A DNA stretch of 47,227 bases from positions 1 to 47,227 of the forward strand of contig JBEGTE010000001.1 in NCBI GenBank assembly GCA_041179605.1. The letters run 5' to 3'. A model generated the notes under the pieces. That model ran no database searches, was not told the DNA's origin, and saw nothing but the letters and a program-made list of their open reading frames with translations. Positions 20,538 to 30,824 of the stretch are shown in pieces. The number at the start of each line of letters is the position of its first letter. Position 1 is the stretch's first letter. The DNA is from Actinomycetota bacterium (lineage in GTDB: Bacteria > Actinomycetota > Actinomycetes > Actinomycetales > Microbacteriaceae). Both the position numbers and the translations under genes were made by a program.

Positions 20538-21670
20538 GACCGAAGGAACTCGGGAAGGTCGTAATCGTCCGACACGTTGTCGAACGTTTCCGTCAACGCG
20601 GCAACATTGTGCTGTTCGGTGGTCGGCTGTGCGTCGACGAACGGAAGTTCATCAACGCGGTCGACCTCGCTCGTGTTGAACGATTCGACACGAGGCTCCG
20701 CGACGCGCGCACGCGGCGCAGCATCGACGTCGAAACCGGCTGCGATGACCGTGACGCGAACCTCGTCGCCAAGGGTGTCATCGATCGACATACCGAAGAT
20801 GACGTTGGCGTCGGGGTGAACGTGCTCGGTGATGAGCGACGCTGCCTCATTGATTTCGTGAATTCCGAGGTTCGAACCGCCCTGAATCGACAAGAGCACA
20901 CCGTGTGCGCCGTCGATGGTTTGGTCGAGGAGCGGGGACTGCGCGGCCATCTCCGTCGCCTTGATGGCGCGCTCAGCGCCACGCGCGCTACCGATTCCCA
21001 TGAGTGCCGTTCCCGCATCCTGCATGACCGAGCGGACGTCCGCAAAGTCAAGGTTGATGAGTCCGGGGTTGGTGATGAGATCCGAGATGCCCTGCACACC
21101 CGACAACAACACCTCATCGGCGATGGCGAATGCCTCGGGAGCCGAAATCGCACGGTCCGCTAGGTCGAGCAGACGGTCGTTGGGAACAACGATCAGCGTG
21201 TCAACCTCGTTGCGGAGTGCAGCGATTCCAGCGTCAGCCTGGTCGCGACGACGACGAGCCTCGAACTTGAACGGTTTGGTGACGACACCGACGGTCAATG
21301 CACCAATCGACTTCGCGATACGGGCTACAACGGGGGCTCCACCGGTACCGGTTCCGCCGCCCTCTCCCGCGGTGACGAAGACGAGGTCTGCGCCGGCGAG
21401 GCACTCCTCAATTTCCTGTGCGTGGTCTTCGGCAGCGTGACGGCCCTTCTCTGGGTCTGCTCCCGCACCGAGCCCACGTGTCAGTTCGCGACCAACATCG
21501 AGCTTGACGTCGGCGTCACTCATGAGCAGCGCCTGCGCGTCAGTGTTGATGGCAATGAACTCCACGCCACGGATTCCCGCTTCGATCATTCGGTTGACGG
21601 CGTTGACGCCGCCGCCGCCGACACCGACGACCTTAATCACAGCGAGGTGGTTGTTGCTTGTACCAGCCAT
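20534..21670 (-). CDS. ftsZ: Cell division protein FtsZ
   Basis: [25 protein letters not shown] and C-terminal LPEFL peptide. Confidence 0.99.
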   Translation of the reverse strand: MAGTSNNHLAVIKVVGVGGGGVNAVNRMIEAGIRGVEFIAINTDAQALLMSDADVKLDVGRELTRGLGAGADPEKGRHAAEDHAQEIEECLAGADLVFVTAGEGGGTGTGGAPVVARIAKSIGALTVGVVTKPFKFEARRRRDQADAGIAALRNEVDTLIVVPNDRLLDLADRAISAPEAFAIADEVLLSGVQGISDLITNPGLINLDFADVRSVMQDAGTALMGIGSARGAERAIKATEMAAQSPLLDQTIDGAHGVLLSIQGGSNLGIHEINEAASLITEHVHPDANVIFGMSIDDTLGDEVRVTVIAAGFDVDAAPRARVAEPRVESFNTSEVDRVDELPFVDAQPTTEQHNVAALTETFDNVSDDYDLPEFLRS

Positions 21671-21689
21671 GGGGTTCCTCCAACGTTCA

Positions 21690-21784
21690 GGCTCTACTTG
21701 AAGCCGAGACTTTTTTTGCCCCGAAAGGCACCCACAAAGTAGGCGTGCACACCCTCAAATCGACGGAGGTGGTGTCGGCGTGTC
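21690..21784 (-). promoter_or_regulatory. Internal ftsZ promoter region with -10 TACTTT, tandem GACAC motifs and an FtsR-like site
   Basis: TACTTT at 21741-21736, GACAC at 21776-21772 and 21784-21780, GGCTTCAAGTAGAGCC at 21705-21690. Confidence 0.55.
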
Positions 21785-21810
21785 GCGGAAAACCCGAAGC
21801 GCCGTAATGG

Positions 21811-22665
21811 CTAGTTCGTTCGGTTCATGATGAGCGTGTCCGGCGCCGAAACGTCAATCACGTACTCGCCGCCATTTTTCGCCGCGATCTCCAGCGCTCG
21901 GCTCAAGACAGCGGCCTTGAGAGTCGCCTGTTCGTCGGATCCCCAACGGATTTCGTGGCTCACGCCACGTAAAACAAACTGGACGGTATCGCGCGTCGCC
22001 GCGGAAATCGCCGCGACATCGGCACGCAACTCCGGCGGCAACGCTATCAGCGCTTTCACCGCCGAGGAAAAACCGGGCGAATCGACGCCCTCAACAACAA
22101 TTTGTGGGACCGATGCAGGTGCACTCTTCGTCGACTGCATGACGACACCGGCAGCGTCAACGATGTCCCAACCCTTGGCGGACTTGATAGCGCCGAGCGG
22201 AGTTCGCTCGACGATGCGGACAACAAGGGTATGCGGCGGTCGAAGTTCTGTTGAGAAAGATTGAATCTGAACCACTGTGCCCAGTTTGGTCGCAATCGCG
22301 TCATAGTCGAGAAGCGCAAGTGGAGTACCCAGTTGATCCTTGATCGCGCCGACAACCACCTTCTCGTCAACGTTCACACGACCTGTGACCTTAATTTCTG
22401 ACAACGTCATCAGCGGTGACAACACGATTGCGGCAACCATTCCTACAAACCCCAGAACGCTCAGTGTGATCGTGAGTCGAACCTGACGTTGGCGCCTCGC
22501 GCCTGCAGTGAATCGACGTTCTTCCTGCACCTCGGCGCGATGAACTCTCGATTTAGACGATTCGTCGCGACGTCCAGCCGACAATCGAGGCACCAACGGA
22601 GTACGTTGCGCACGAGGCGTTGCCGCACGACCAGGGTTCACCCCATGGTGTTTCGGGGGCTTCAT
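21811..22665 (-). CDS. ftsQ: Cell division protein FtsQ/DivIB
   Basis: Basic N-terminus, single TM, POTRA domain with P.TL...I.ER.P, C-terminal IDVSAP. Start ATG 22665 overlaps the murC stop (ATGA). Confidence 0.9.
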   Translation of the reverse strand: MKPPKHHGVNPGRAATPRAQRTPLVPRLSAGRRDESSKSRVHRAEVQEERRFTAGARRQRQVRLTITLSVLGFVGMVAAIVLSPLMTLSEIKVTGRVNVDEKVVVGAIKDQLGTPLALLDYDAIATKLGTVVQIQSFSTELRPPHTLVVRIVERTPLGAIKSAKGWDIVDAAGVVMQSTKSAPASVPQIVVEGVDSPGFSSAVKALIALPPELRADVAAISAATRDTVQFVLRGVSHEIRWGSDEQATLKAAVLSRALEIAAKNGGEYVIDVSAPDTLIMNRTN

Positions 22666-24053
22666 GACGCGTCCAGTGCGCTCAGCACTTGGGGAATTAT
22701 TCGATAGACGTCCCCGCAGGACAGCGTCATGATGATGTCCCCGTCGCGCGCGAACTCCGCCGCAACGCGGGCGGCATCCGACCAATTCGGGCAATACGAA
22801 ACCTTGCCGTGGTCAGCGAACGCCGACGAAACCAGCTCACCGGTCACGCCTGGGATGGGATCCTCACGAGCACCATAAACGTCGAGGACCACGGTCAGCT
22901 CTGCGCCATTTTCGTATTCTGCAGCAAATTCGCCGGCCATATCCCGCGTCCGTGAATACAAGTGCGGTTGGTGAATCGCGATGACTCGACCACCCCCGGC
23001 CACGGAACGGGCAGTGTGGAGAGCGGCACGGACCTCGCGTGGGTGGTGTGCGTAGTCGTCATAGACGCGCACACCGCGAACCTCGCCGTGCAACTCGAAC
23101 CGTCTGCCGGTTCCGCCGAAGTCACTGAGAGTGTGAGCGGCGTCGGCCAACGAATATCCCATTGCGACAAGCACACCGACCGCCCCTGTCGCGTTAATGG
23201 CATTGTGATGACCGGCGACGGTGAGCACGAGAGGGGCCGACTCGGAGCCGTGGTGGATTACCGCCGTCACTCCGCTCGCCGACGCAACGATGTCGGCCAC
23301 CCGCAGATCCGCCGAGGCGTCCTCGCCGAAGCTCAGTGTCGGAGTAGTGATTCGAGGACGAAGTCGAGTCACATGCGGGTCATCCGACGACACAACCACG
23401 ATTTCTGAGCACGCGTTGGCAAACTGCACGAACGCGTCGTCGAATTCGTCCATCGTCCCGTAGGTGTCGAGGTGATCGGTGTCGATGTTGGTGATAAGCC
23501 CGATTGCGGAGTTGTACAGGAGAAATGAGCCGTCCGATTCGTCGGCCTCGAGGACGAACTCGTCGTCGGACCCACTCGCTGACGATACGCCGAGCGAGGT
23601 CACGACTCCTCCGTTGACAAACGACGGGTTTGCGCCGACTCCTCGTAACGCGGTGACGACCATCCCCGTCGACGTCGTTTTACCGTGCGCACCAGCGACG
23701 GCGATGACCCTGCTGTCACGCGACAACCAGTGAAGCGCGAGCGAGCGGTGAAGAACCGGGATGTTGTTGTCCAATGCCCAAACATATTCGGGGTTGTCCT
23801 GCCACAGGGCTCCGGTTACGACGACGGTGTTCGCCTGCGTCACAAGAGTCGGTTCGTGACCAATTTGAACGTCGATTCCGAGTTCGCGAAGCGCGGTCGT
23901 GGTGGCCGACTCACTGCGGTCGGAACCTGAGACAGTCAGACCGCGGTCGACGAACATTCGCGCGATTCCGCTCATTCCCGATCCGCCGATACCGATGAAA
24001 TGCACCCGACCGAGCTGGTCTGGAATCACTTGATCGAGGTCTGGGGCAATCAC
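22662..24053 (-). CDS. murC: UDP-N-acetylmuramate-amino acid ligase MurC
   Basis: GIGGSGMS, GAHGKTT, EADESD, DHLD, GRRF and DDYAHHP motifs. Confidence 0.97.
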   Translation of the reverse strand: MIAPDLDQVIPDQLGRVHFIGIGGSGMSGIARMFVDRGLTVSGSDRSESATTTALRELGIDVQIGHEPTLVTQANTVVVTGALWQDNPEYVWALDNNIPVLHRSLALHWLSRDSRVIAVAGAHGKTTSTGMVVTALRGVGANPSFVNGGVVTSLGVSSASGSDDEFVLEADESDGSFLLYNSAIGLITNIDTDHLDTYGTMDEFDDAFVQFANACSEIVVVSSDDPHVTRLRPRITTPTLSFGEDASADLRVADIVASASGVTAVIHHGSESAPLVLTVAGHHNAINATGAVGVLVAMGYSLADAAHTLSDFGGTGRRFELHGEVRGVRVYDDYAHHPREVRAALHTARSVAGGGRVIAIHQPHLYSRTRDMAGEFAAEYENGAELTVVLDVYGAREDPIPGVTGELVSSAFADHGKVSYCPNWSDAARVAAEFARDGDIIMTLSCGDVYRIIPQVLSALDAS

Positions 24054-24062
24054 AGCACAACC

Positions 24063-25142
24063 CTATGCGGTGGTCGTGGCCAAAGCGGCTCGAACGAGTG
24101 TGGCAAGTCGAGAGGCGCCATCGCGAATCCCGACAGATTTCGCCGCCGTCGACATGCGCGCCAACGTAGCCTCGTCGTGCAGCAACGGGATGAGGGTCGC
24201 ACGCACGTAGTCGGGAGTGAATGCCGCGTCCAGGCAAATGATTGCTCCACCCGCGGCGATGACATCCGTCGCGTTCTTGACCTGCTCACCGTTGCCAACG
24301 GGATATGGGACGAACACGCTCGGAATTCCAAGCCCCGACAGTTCACTGACCGTCGCGGACCCGGCACGGGCAACGACTACGTCTGCAGCGGCCAACGCCA
24401 AATCCATGCGGTCGCAATACGGCATGGGGTGATACCCATCGACCCCTGGGTCAACAAACTCCCGCGACTCACCAACCGTGTGAATGACCTGCCAGCCAGC
24501 GTTGACAATGTCGCGGACCGATTCGACGATGGTCGAATTGATTCGAGCAGCTCCCGTCGAGCCCCCCGTCACCAAGAGCACCGGGCGTGAATCGAGACCG
24601 AAAAATTTGCGAGCCTCGGGACACATCGCACCCCGATCCAGTTCAGCAATTTCACGACGCATTGGCATGCCCACCGTGGTTGCATGGGCAATTGGCGTTG
24701 CCGCGAAGGTCACTCCAACAAAGGTTGTAAACAGTGCGCCGAGTTTGTTGGCGATGCCAGGAATGGCGTTGGCTTCGTGCACAACAATCGGAATTCGCTC
24801 GGCGCGGGCCGCGAGATACGCAGGCGCCGAGGCGTAACCGCCAAAACCGACGACCACATCGACGTGTCGATCGCGAATCAATCGACGCACGACACCGACT
24901 GCACGCATCAAGCGTATTGGGTAGTTGAGTGCGGCCGACGACACCGCCCGGGGAAACGGCAGTTTGGCAATTGTGGCGAGCTCGTAACCAGCGGCCGGCA
25001 CAAGCCGAGATTCGAGTCCCTCGACGGTCCCCAAAACAATGATTTCGGCATCCGACTCCGTGCGGCGAATTTCGTCTGCCGTCGCGAGAAGTGGATTCAC
25101 GTGTCCCGCGGTCCCTCCACCCGCGAGGAGATACACGGTCAT
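24063..25142 (-). CDS. murG: Lipid I GlcNAc transferase MurG
   Basis: GGGTAGH, GFGGY, HEAN..PG.AN, GGS.GA and RAG..T..E motifs. Confidence 0.97.
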   Translation of the reverse strand: MTVYLLAGGGTAGHVNPLLATADEIRRTESDAEIIVLGTVEGLESRLVPAAGYELATIAKLPFPRAVSSAALNYPIRLMRAVGVVRRLIRDRHVDVVVGFGGYASAPAYLAARAERIPIVVHEANAIPGIANKLGALFTTFVGVTFAATPIAHATTVGMPMRREIAELDRGAMCPEARKFFGLDSRPVLLVTGGSTGAARINSTIVESVRDIVNAGWQVIHTVGESREFVDPGVDGYHPMPYCDRMDLALAAADVVVARAGSATVSELSGLGIPSVFVPYPVGNGEQVKNATDVIAAGGAIICLDAAFTPDYVRATLIPLLHDEATLARMSTAAKSVGIRDGASRLATLVRAALATTTA

Positions 25143-26293
25143 CCGTAACGCTCCTCATGCCTCACGGTCGACACCAGAACTCCGATCGCCATAAGGTTGG
25201 CGAGGATGGCTGAGCCACCCGACGACACCATCGGCAACGGGACTCCGAGAACGGGAAGTAGACCGAGTACGACGCCGATGTTGACGAGCGATTGACCGAC
25301 AATCCAGGTCAGGACACCGGCGATGATTGCGCGTGTCAGTGGGTGCGGGTATGCACGCATGAGCCGAACGAGCGTGACCGCGAGCGCAAGAATGACGACG
25401 AGAAGGAATATCGCCCCCAACAAACCAAACTCTTCGCCGATGATCGAAAAGATGTAGTCAGATTCGGCGTGAGGAAGCCACGACCATTTCGCGCGCGAAC
25501 TTCCCGCTCCGCGACCGAACAACCCGCCGGACCCGAGTGCCCAGTATCCGTGCATGGTTTGCCAACATGCGCTCTCGTAATCCTCGGGCTTGCACCCGAA
25601 AATCCAGGTCATGAATCGTTCACCGCGTGAGCTCGGCGCGAACATCACGAATGCGACCACGGCCATAATCGCCGCAACCACGAGAAACCACAACGGTCTC
25701 GCCGAAGCACCGGAAATCATCAACATCCCGAGGATGATGAGTCCGATAATGAGCACAGTCCCGATGTCTCCCCCGGCGAGAACCAGTCCGATCGGTGCAA
25801 TCAGCCACCACAATTCACGATTCCACCAGTACATGAGTGGCTGTTCGAAGTGGTGCGGGTTGTCGTGAATCCACATCGCGAGCCACACGATGACGGCAAG
25901 TTTGATGAACTCGGACGGCTGCATCGACACACCACCGATTTGAATCCAGTTCTTGTTGCCACCGTACGATTCCCCGAACGCCAGCACCGCCCCCTGAAGG
26001 ACAATTCCCACCACGATGAAGCTGTTGCGATAGCGGCGCCAGAAATCGAGAGGCGCCCTAGCCATGAACAACGCAACCACTGCTCCGAAAACGATTGCGA
26101 GGCCTTGCATCACTGCTTCGTGAAAGAAGTTCCCGTCGTTGCTGATGCCACTGGAAACGGATGATGCTGACAGCACCATGAGCAAACCGAAGCTGACCAG
26201 CAACGCGGTGATCGCGAACAACATCGTGACGAGTGGCGAATCCGCCTGGAACAGATTGGGGATTCGGATGGTCGTGCGGCGCGGGCTATTCAT
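25139..26293 (-). CDS. ftsW: SEDS peptidoglycan polymerase FtsW
   Basis: QPSEF.K, LP.AESDYIFSIIGEE.G and G.PLP..S.GGS motifs. Confidence 0.95.
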   Translation of the reverse strand: MNSPRRTTIRIPNLFQADSPLVTMLFAITALLVSFGLLMVLSASSVSSGISNDGNFFHEAVMQGLAIVFGAVVALFMARAPLDFWRRYRNSFIVVGIVLQGAVLAFGESYGGNKNWIQIGGVSMQPSEFIKLAVIVWLAMWIHDNPHHFEQPLMYWWNRELWWLIAPIGLVLAGGDIGTVLIIGLIILGMLMISGASARPLWFLVVAAIMAVVAFVMFAPSSRGERFMTWIFGCKPEDYESACWQTMHGYWALGSGGLFGRGAGSSRAKWSWLPHAESDYIFSIIGEEFGLLGAIFLLVVILALAVTLVRLMRAYPHPLTRAIIAGVLTWIVGQSLVNIGVVLGLLPVLGVPLPMVSSGGSAILANLMAIGVLVSTVRHEERYG

Positions 26294-27761
26294 CGTCTAA
26301 CCCCAGATGTGCCTTCACGGCAAGGGCAAATTGTCGACCTCGATCGGCGTAGTCAACGAACTGGTCCATCGACGCGGCCGCTGGGGCCAGCAGCACGGTG
26401 TCCCCGTCCTCGGCAAAACTCGCCGCAGCCGTGACGGCTTCGGTCATCACATCGGAACCCGTCACCTCAACAAAAGGAACGTCGGGCGCCCACAGCTGCA
26501 TCACTCGACGCGGTTCGTCACGGTCTTCCCCGATCGCGATGACCGCTCGAATTCGTGAACCGTGCGCTTGAACAAGTTCATCAATCGTCGTTCCCTTGAA
26601 AAGCCCGCCCACAATCCACACAAGCGAGGGGAACGAGCGAAGTGACGCATTGGCTGCATGCGCATTCGTCGCTTTCGAATCGTCCACCCAGCGAATGCCA
26701 CCGAATTCGGCGACGGTTTCGCATCGGTGATGGTCTACCTCAAAGGAGTCCAATGCTTCGGCTACCGCTTCCGCTGTAGCACCGACCGACAAAGCGAGTC
26801 CCGATGCAGCCAAAATATTGAGAATCATGTGTGGGGTGGCGAATCCCAACTCAGCGAGATGGTCAACGGTCACTAATTCCTGCGCATTGTTGCGACGATC
26901 CGCGACGAACGCGCGGTCGACGAGGAGTCCTTCGATGGTTCCGAGCTCGCCAGTATCGGGAGTCATGAAACCAAAACCGATTGCCTCACACCCCTCTTCG
27001 ACGTTCGCATCCCGAACAAGAGCTTCGGTAACGGGGTCCGCTGTGGAATACAAGACCGCGTTTCGAGTGTTCGAATACACCGCACCCTTCGCCGCCCGGT
27101 ATGCAGCGGCGGAGCCGTGCCAATCCAGGTGGTCATCGGCGATGTTGAGACACGCACTCGACACGGGCCGCAGGGCACCGTCCCCCACTCCCGGCAACCA
27201 GTGGAGTTGAAAACTCGATACTTCGACGACGAAGAAGTCGAACCCCATCGGGTCGCGGACCGCGTCCAATACGGGAACGCCAATGTTCCCAACGGCAGCG
27301 GCTCGGAACCCAGCGGTGTTGAGCACATGGGTGGTCAGTTGCGTCGTTGTCGTCTTGCCATTGGTTCCGGTGATAAGAATCCATTCGGCGGCGCGAACCT
27401 TGTCGCGAACGCGCCACGCAAGCTCAAGGTCGCTCCACACGGGTACTCCCGCGGACTGTCCCCAGGTCACTATGGCGTGACGTGGATTGAGCCCCGGACT
27501 GACGATGATGAGTTCCGGCTGAAAGGCCTCTGCGGCCGCAACCATCGCGCTGTCATCGGCCGTCAGCTCATAACTGACGCCTAATGCGTCCAACATGGTG
27601 GTGTGTGCGTCACTCGCGTCGCGTGCCACGACGAGAGCATTCGCACCGAGTTCCCATAAGGTGTCGGCAACACTGAATCCCGTGACGCCAAGACCGACGA
27701 CGAGTACTCGAAGGTCTTTCCAATCGGCGTGCCAGCTCGTGAGGCCCGCGCGAAGTGGCAT
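26286..27761 (-). CDS. murD: UDP-MurNAc-peptide D-glutamate ligase MurD
   Basis: GLG.TG, GTNGKTTT, GNIG, EVSSFQL, DHLDWH and DDSKATN motifs. Start ATG 27761 (TGATG overlap with mraY). Confidence 0.96.
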   Translation of the reverse strand: MPLRAGLTSWHADWKDLRVLVVGLGVTGFSVADTLWELGANALVVARDASDAHTTMLDALGVSYELTADDSAMVAAAEAFQPELIIVSPGLNPRHAIVTWGQSAGVPVWSDLELAWRVRDKVRAAEWILITGTNGKTTTTQLTTHVLNTAGFRAAAVGNIGVPVLDAVRDPMGFDFFVVEVSSFQLHWLPGVGDGALRPVSSACLNIADDHLDWHGSAAAYRAAKGAVYSNTRNAVLYSTADPVTEALVRDANVEEGCEAIGFGFMTPDTGELGTIEGLLVDRAFVADRRNNAQELVTVDHLAELGFATPHMILNILAASGLALSVGATAEAVAEALDSFEVDHHRCETVAEFGGIRWVDDSKATNAHAANASLRSFPSLVWIVGGLFKGTTIDELVQAHGSRIRAVIAIGEDRDEPRRVMQLWAPDVPFVEVTGSDVMTEAVTAAASFAEDGDTVLLAPAAASMDQFVDYADRGRQFALAVKAHLGLDDE

Positions 27762-28858
27762 CAGCGGCTTACCCATTCGAGATAGAAGATGCCGATTCCA
27801 ACGGCAACACCGAGGGCAGCAATCAACCAGAAACGCACGACGACGGTGATTTCCGCCCATCCCTTCAATTCAAAGTGATGGTGCAGCGGACTCATCAAGA
27901 AAATTCGCTTGCCTTTGGTGATCTTGAAATATGCGCGTTGCAGAATCACCGAGCCCGCCACAATCACGAACAACGACCCGATGAGGATGATGAGAATCTC
28001 TGTGCGGGTGAGGATGGCGAGTGCGGCAAGTGCGCCACCGAGTCCGAGAGAACCCGTGTCGCCCATGAAGATCTGCGCCGGCGACGTGTTCCACCACAGG
28101 AATCCGATGGTGCTGGCGGCAATGGCCGCAGCGATCGCGGCGAGGTCAAGCGAATCGCGCACTTCGTAACACTTGTATTGAACTTCGGGGTCGAGGACCA
28201 CGCTGAAACAGCTCTGATTGAACTGCCAGAATCCGATGACGACGTACGCGGTCAACGCAAGGATGGCGCTGCCGGAGGCAAGCCCGTCTAATCCGTCGGC
28301 AACGTTGACACCGTTCGCGGTCGAAACGACGATGAGGTTCACCCAGAGCACAAACAACGCGATCCCGACTCCCCCGCCGATCAGGGCGAAGTTGAGCCAG
28401 GGGATGTCGCGGATGACGCTGATGGCGAGTGACGCCGGCGTGATACCGTTTTCGTCGGGGAACGAGATGGCGAGGAACGCGAAGGCCGAGGCGACGATCG
28501 CTTGGCCAAGAACCTTGGCCCAACCCCCCAGACCGAGGCTTCGCTGCTTACGGGTCTTCGTGAAATCGTCGATGAATCCAACGAACCCCATCCCCACCAA
28601 CATGAGAATGACGAGGAGTGCGCTGACAGTCGGCGGCTGGGCGTCGATGGCGTGACCGAACAGGTATCCGAGGACAGCACCGACGATGATGACAATCCCA
28701 CCCATGGTGGGCGTCCCACGCTTCGTGTGGTGGCTTTGCGGTCCGTCATCGCGGATGAATTGACCCCATCCGATTCGCTCGAACAATCGAATGAAGGCCG
28801 GCGTCACGAACAGCGTGAAAAAGAGGGCGAATCCCGCGCCGAGAAGTAGAGACCTCAC
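27761..28858 (-). CDS. mraY: Phospho-MurNAc-pentapeptide transferase MraY
   Basis: TPTMGG, GFIDD, N..DGLDGL, FMGDTGS and PLHHHFE motifs. Confidence 0.98.
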   Translation of the reverse strand: MRSLLLGAGFALFFTLFVTPAFIRLFERIGWGQFIRDDGPQSHHTKRGTPTMGGIVIIVGAVLGYLFGHAIDAQPPTVSALLVILMLVGMGFVGFIDDFTKTRKQRSLGLGGWAKVLGQAIVASAFAFLAISFPDENGITPASLAISVIRDIPWLNFALIGGGVGIALFVLWVNLIVVSTANGVNVADGLDGLASGSAILALTAYVVIGFWQFNQSCFSVVLDPEVQYKCYEVRDSLDLAAIAAAIAASTIGFLWWNTSPAQIFMGDTGSLGLGGALAALAILTRTEILIILIGSLFVIVAGSVILQRAYFKITKGKRIFLMSPLHHHFELKGWAEITVVVRFWLIAALGVAVGIGIFYLEWVSR

Positions 28859-29280
28859 GCGTCCTCCCTCAATCGATTCGCCAGTGCCGATAACGCACCG
28901 TCGTGTGACCCGGTCACGAGGACGACGACACCGTCACCCCGCAATCGGTTGAATTCATCGTAAGCCGATTCCGCGTCGAGAACGGGGAGCGACTCCCCAT
29001 CCCACGAGCCCTCGTGTTCAGCCGCGAGATGCATGATTCGAGCGTCAGGTCCGACCGCGACGAGCGTTCCGATGTTCAGTCGAACGGTCCGGCGACCCAG
29101 CGCGTCGAGGAACTCTGCTGCGTCACCCCCACCGGGTGATCCCGCGAAATGTACCGTCACGTGTCCTCGTTGGCGCCACTCCGCAAGGTCTGATTGCAGG
29201 TCACGAATCGAATCAGGATCGAGCACGGAAGACCCGTCGATGAGCACCGTCCCGTCGCTCAAGGTGGTTGTGTGAGTCAT
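28855..29280 (-). CDS. Truncated MurF-like protein (degenerate C-terminal domain only, 141 aa)
   Basis: Occupies the murF slot with ATGA and GTGA overlaps on either side. [12 protein letters not shown]...EGSWDGES...VVLV resembles the Microbacteriaceae MurF C-terminus as I recall it. No P-loop. Confidence 0.72.
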   Translation of the reverse strand: MTHTTTLSDGTVLIDGSSVLDPDSIRDLQSDLAEWRQRGHVTVHFAGSPGGGDAAEFLDALGRRTVRLNIGTLVAVGPDARIMHLAAEHEGSWDGESLPVLDAESAYDEFNRLRGDGVVVLVTGSHDGALSALANRLREDA

Positions 29281-30821
29281 GCCCATCCGGCCGCGGCGAG
29301 GGCTTCCCTCGCCAGTTCCCTCGCGGAGTACACCGTCCGCTCCCCCCGAATATCGCGATAATTCTGGTGTCCGGGACCCGCCCACAGGATCGAATCGCCC
29401 TCGCGGGCAATCGACACCGCGACGCGGATTGCATCCTCGGGAGGCGAAACCTCATGAATCTCAGGTCCGTTGTCGACCGAACGAGCACCGACGAGCAACT
29501 GCGCGCGAATCGACGACGGGTCCTCAAAGCGGGGGTGATGGTCGGTGATGACGAGGATGTCACAGCCTTCGGCCGCCACGCGCCCCATGTCAAAACGCTT
29601 CGTGGCATCGCGGTCGCCGTCCGCGCCGAACACCATGATGGTGCGACCGGGCGTGAACCGTCGAACTGCCGCCAGTGTGTGTTCGAACGCGTCGGGCGAG
29701 TGACCGAAGTCGACGTACACGTTGGGACCGCGGTCACCCGACACCTTCTCGGTTCGACCAGGCAGGTACGCGCGGATTCCACCGTCGCGGTCGAGTGCTT
29801 GCGCGATGGCCGCGGGCGCGTACCCCGCTTCTATCAACATCACGATTGCAAGACCCGCGTTCGCTGCCATGTGGCGACCGATGACGGGCTCACGCGTTTC
29901 TATGACGACCCCCTCCGGCCCGCTCAAGCGGAATGCCGTGTATGCAGGGTTGTCCTCCGTAATTTCGACCTGCCACTGAGCGGTCGGATCACCCGTCGAA
30001 CTCACCGTCGTGACGGGAATGTGGGATTCGTCGACAACTCGAGCGCCCCACGGCGAATCGAGCGAGACAACTCCACGACTGGCGACACTCGGATCGAAAA
30101 ACTGACGCTTCGCCTCGAAGTACGCGTTCATGTCCGGGTAGTCATCGAGGTGATCGTGCGAAAGGTTGGTGAAACCGGCGACGTCGAAATGAATTCCGGC
30201 GACACGATTGTGGGTCAATGCTTGTGCCGACACCTCAATCACGACGGCGCGAACGTCCCGCTCCTTCATTCGCGCGACGAGCGCGTGCATCTCACTGGCC
30301 TCCGGAGTCGTCAATCGCGAAACGACGACCTCTCCCGCGATGTGCCGCTCGGCGGTCGACGACAGTCCCGTCGTCACACCGAGCTGACGCAGAATCCCCT
30401 CGAGCAAATACGCCGTTGAGGTTTTCCCGTTGGTCCCCGTGATCCCGAAATATTGCGGGGCGTTGTCGTCGGTGCGGTACACCCACCGAGAAACTTCGCC
30501 GAGCGCTGCGCGCGGTGAGTCCACGATGAGAAGCGGAATAGGTGAGTCGGTTGCGATGGCAGCACCGGCGGTGTCGGTGAGAACTGCAACCGCACCGTTG
30601 GCCGCAGCGTCGGCCACGAATTCGGCACCGTGTCGATTTGCACCCTGCAGCGCGACAAACATGTCTCCTGGTCGAACCTCACGAGTCATCACCGTGATTC
30701 CAGTGATTTCAACTCCGCGAGCGTTGCCGACGATGTGAAGGTCAAATTCCGTCGCGAGCAACTCAATCGAACGGGGGCTCACAAACTCGGGACGGATGAC
30801 TGGCGGAATGTTTCCTGTCAT
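29277..30821 (-). CDS. murE: UDP-MurNAc-dipeptide diamino-acid ligase MurE
   Basis: GTNGKTST, TTPE, EVS, NLSHDHLD, D..H.PD and G.GH motifs. The substrate motif reads DHHPR. Confidence 0.94.
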   Translation of the reverse strand: MTGNIPPVIRPEFVSPRSIELLATEFDLHIVGNARGVEITGITVMTREVRPGDMFVALQGANRHGAEFVADAAANGAVAVLTDTAGAAIATDSPIPLLIVDSPRAALGEVSRWVYRTDDNAPQYFGITGTNGKTSTAYLLEGILRQLGVTTGLSSTAERHIAGEVVVSRLTTPEASEMHALVARMKERDVRAVVIEVSAQALTHNRVAGIHFDVAGFTNLSHDHLDDYPDMNAYFEAKRQFFDPSVASRGVVSLDSPWGARVVDESHIPVTTVSSTGDPTAQWQVEITEDNPAYTAFRLSGPEGVVIETREPVIGRHMAANAGLAIVMLIEAGYAPAAIAQALDRDGGIRAYLPGRTEKVSGDRGPNVYVDFGHSPDAFEHTLAAVRRFTPGRTIMVFGADGDRDATKRFDMGRVAAEGCDILVITDHHPRFEDPSSIRAQLLVGARSVDNGPEIHEVSPPEDAIRVAVSIAREGDSILWAGPGHQNYRDIRGERTVYSARELAREALAAAGWA

Positions 30822-30824
30822 GAG

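Noticed and set aside
21711-21730. T7 plus hairpin as a terminator
   Set aside because: The T-run is on the wrong side of the stem for either strand. Treated as a 5' leader hairpin instead.
21811-27760. Apparently lower GC in ftsQ-murD as horizontal transfer
   Set aside because: Judged only by eye. Canonical order and overlaps are intact and there are no mobility genes or junction repeats, so weaker codon bias is simpler. A sliding-window GC and gene phylogeny would settle it.
28855-29385. 176-aa version of the murF-slot ORF, or a frameshifted MurE-MurF fusion
   Set aside because: The extension overlaps the conserved murE C-terminus. ATG 29280 gives a standard ATGA coupling, and I see no slippery sequence.
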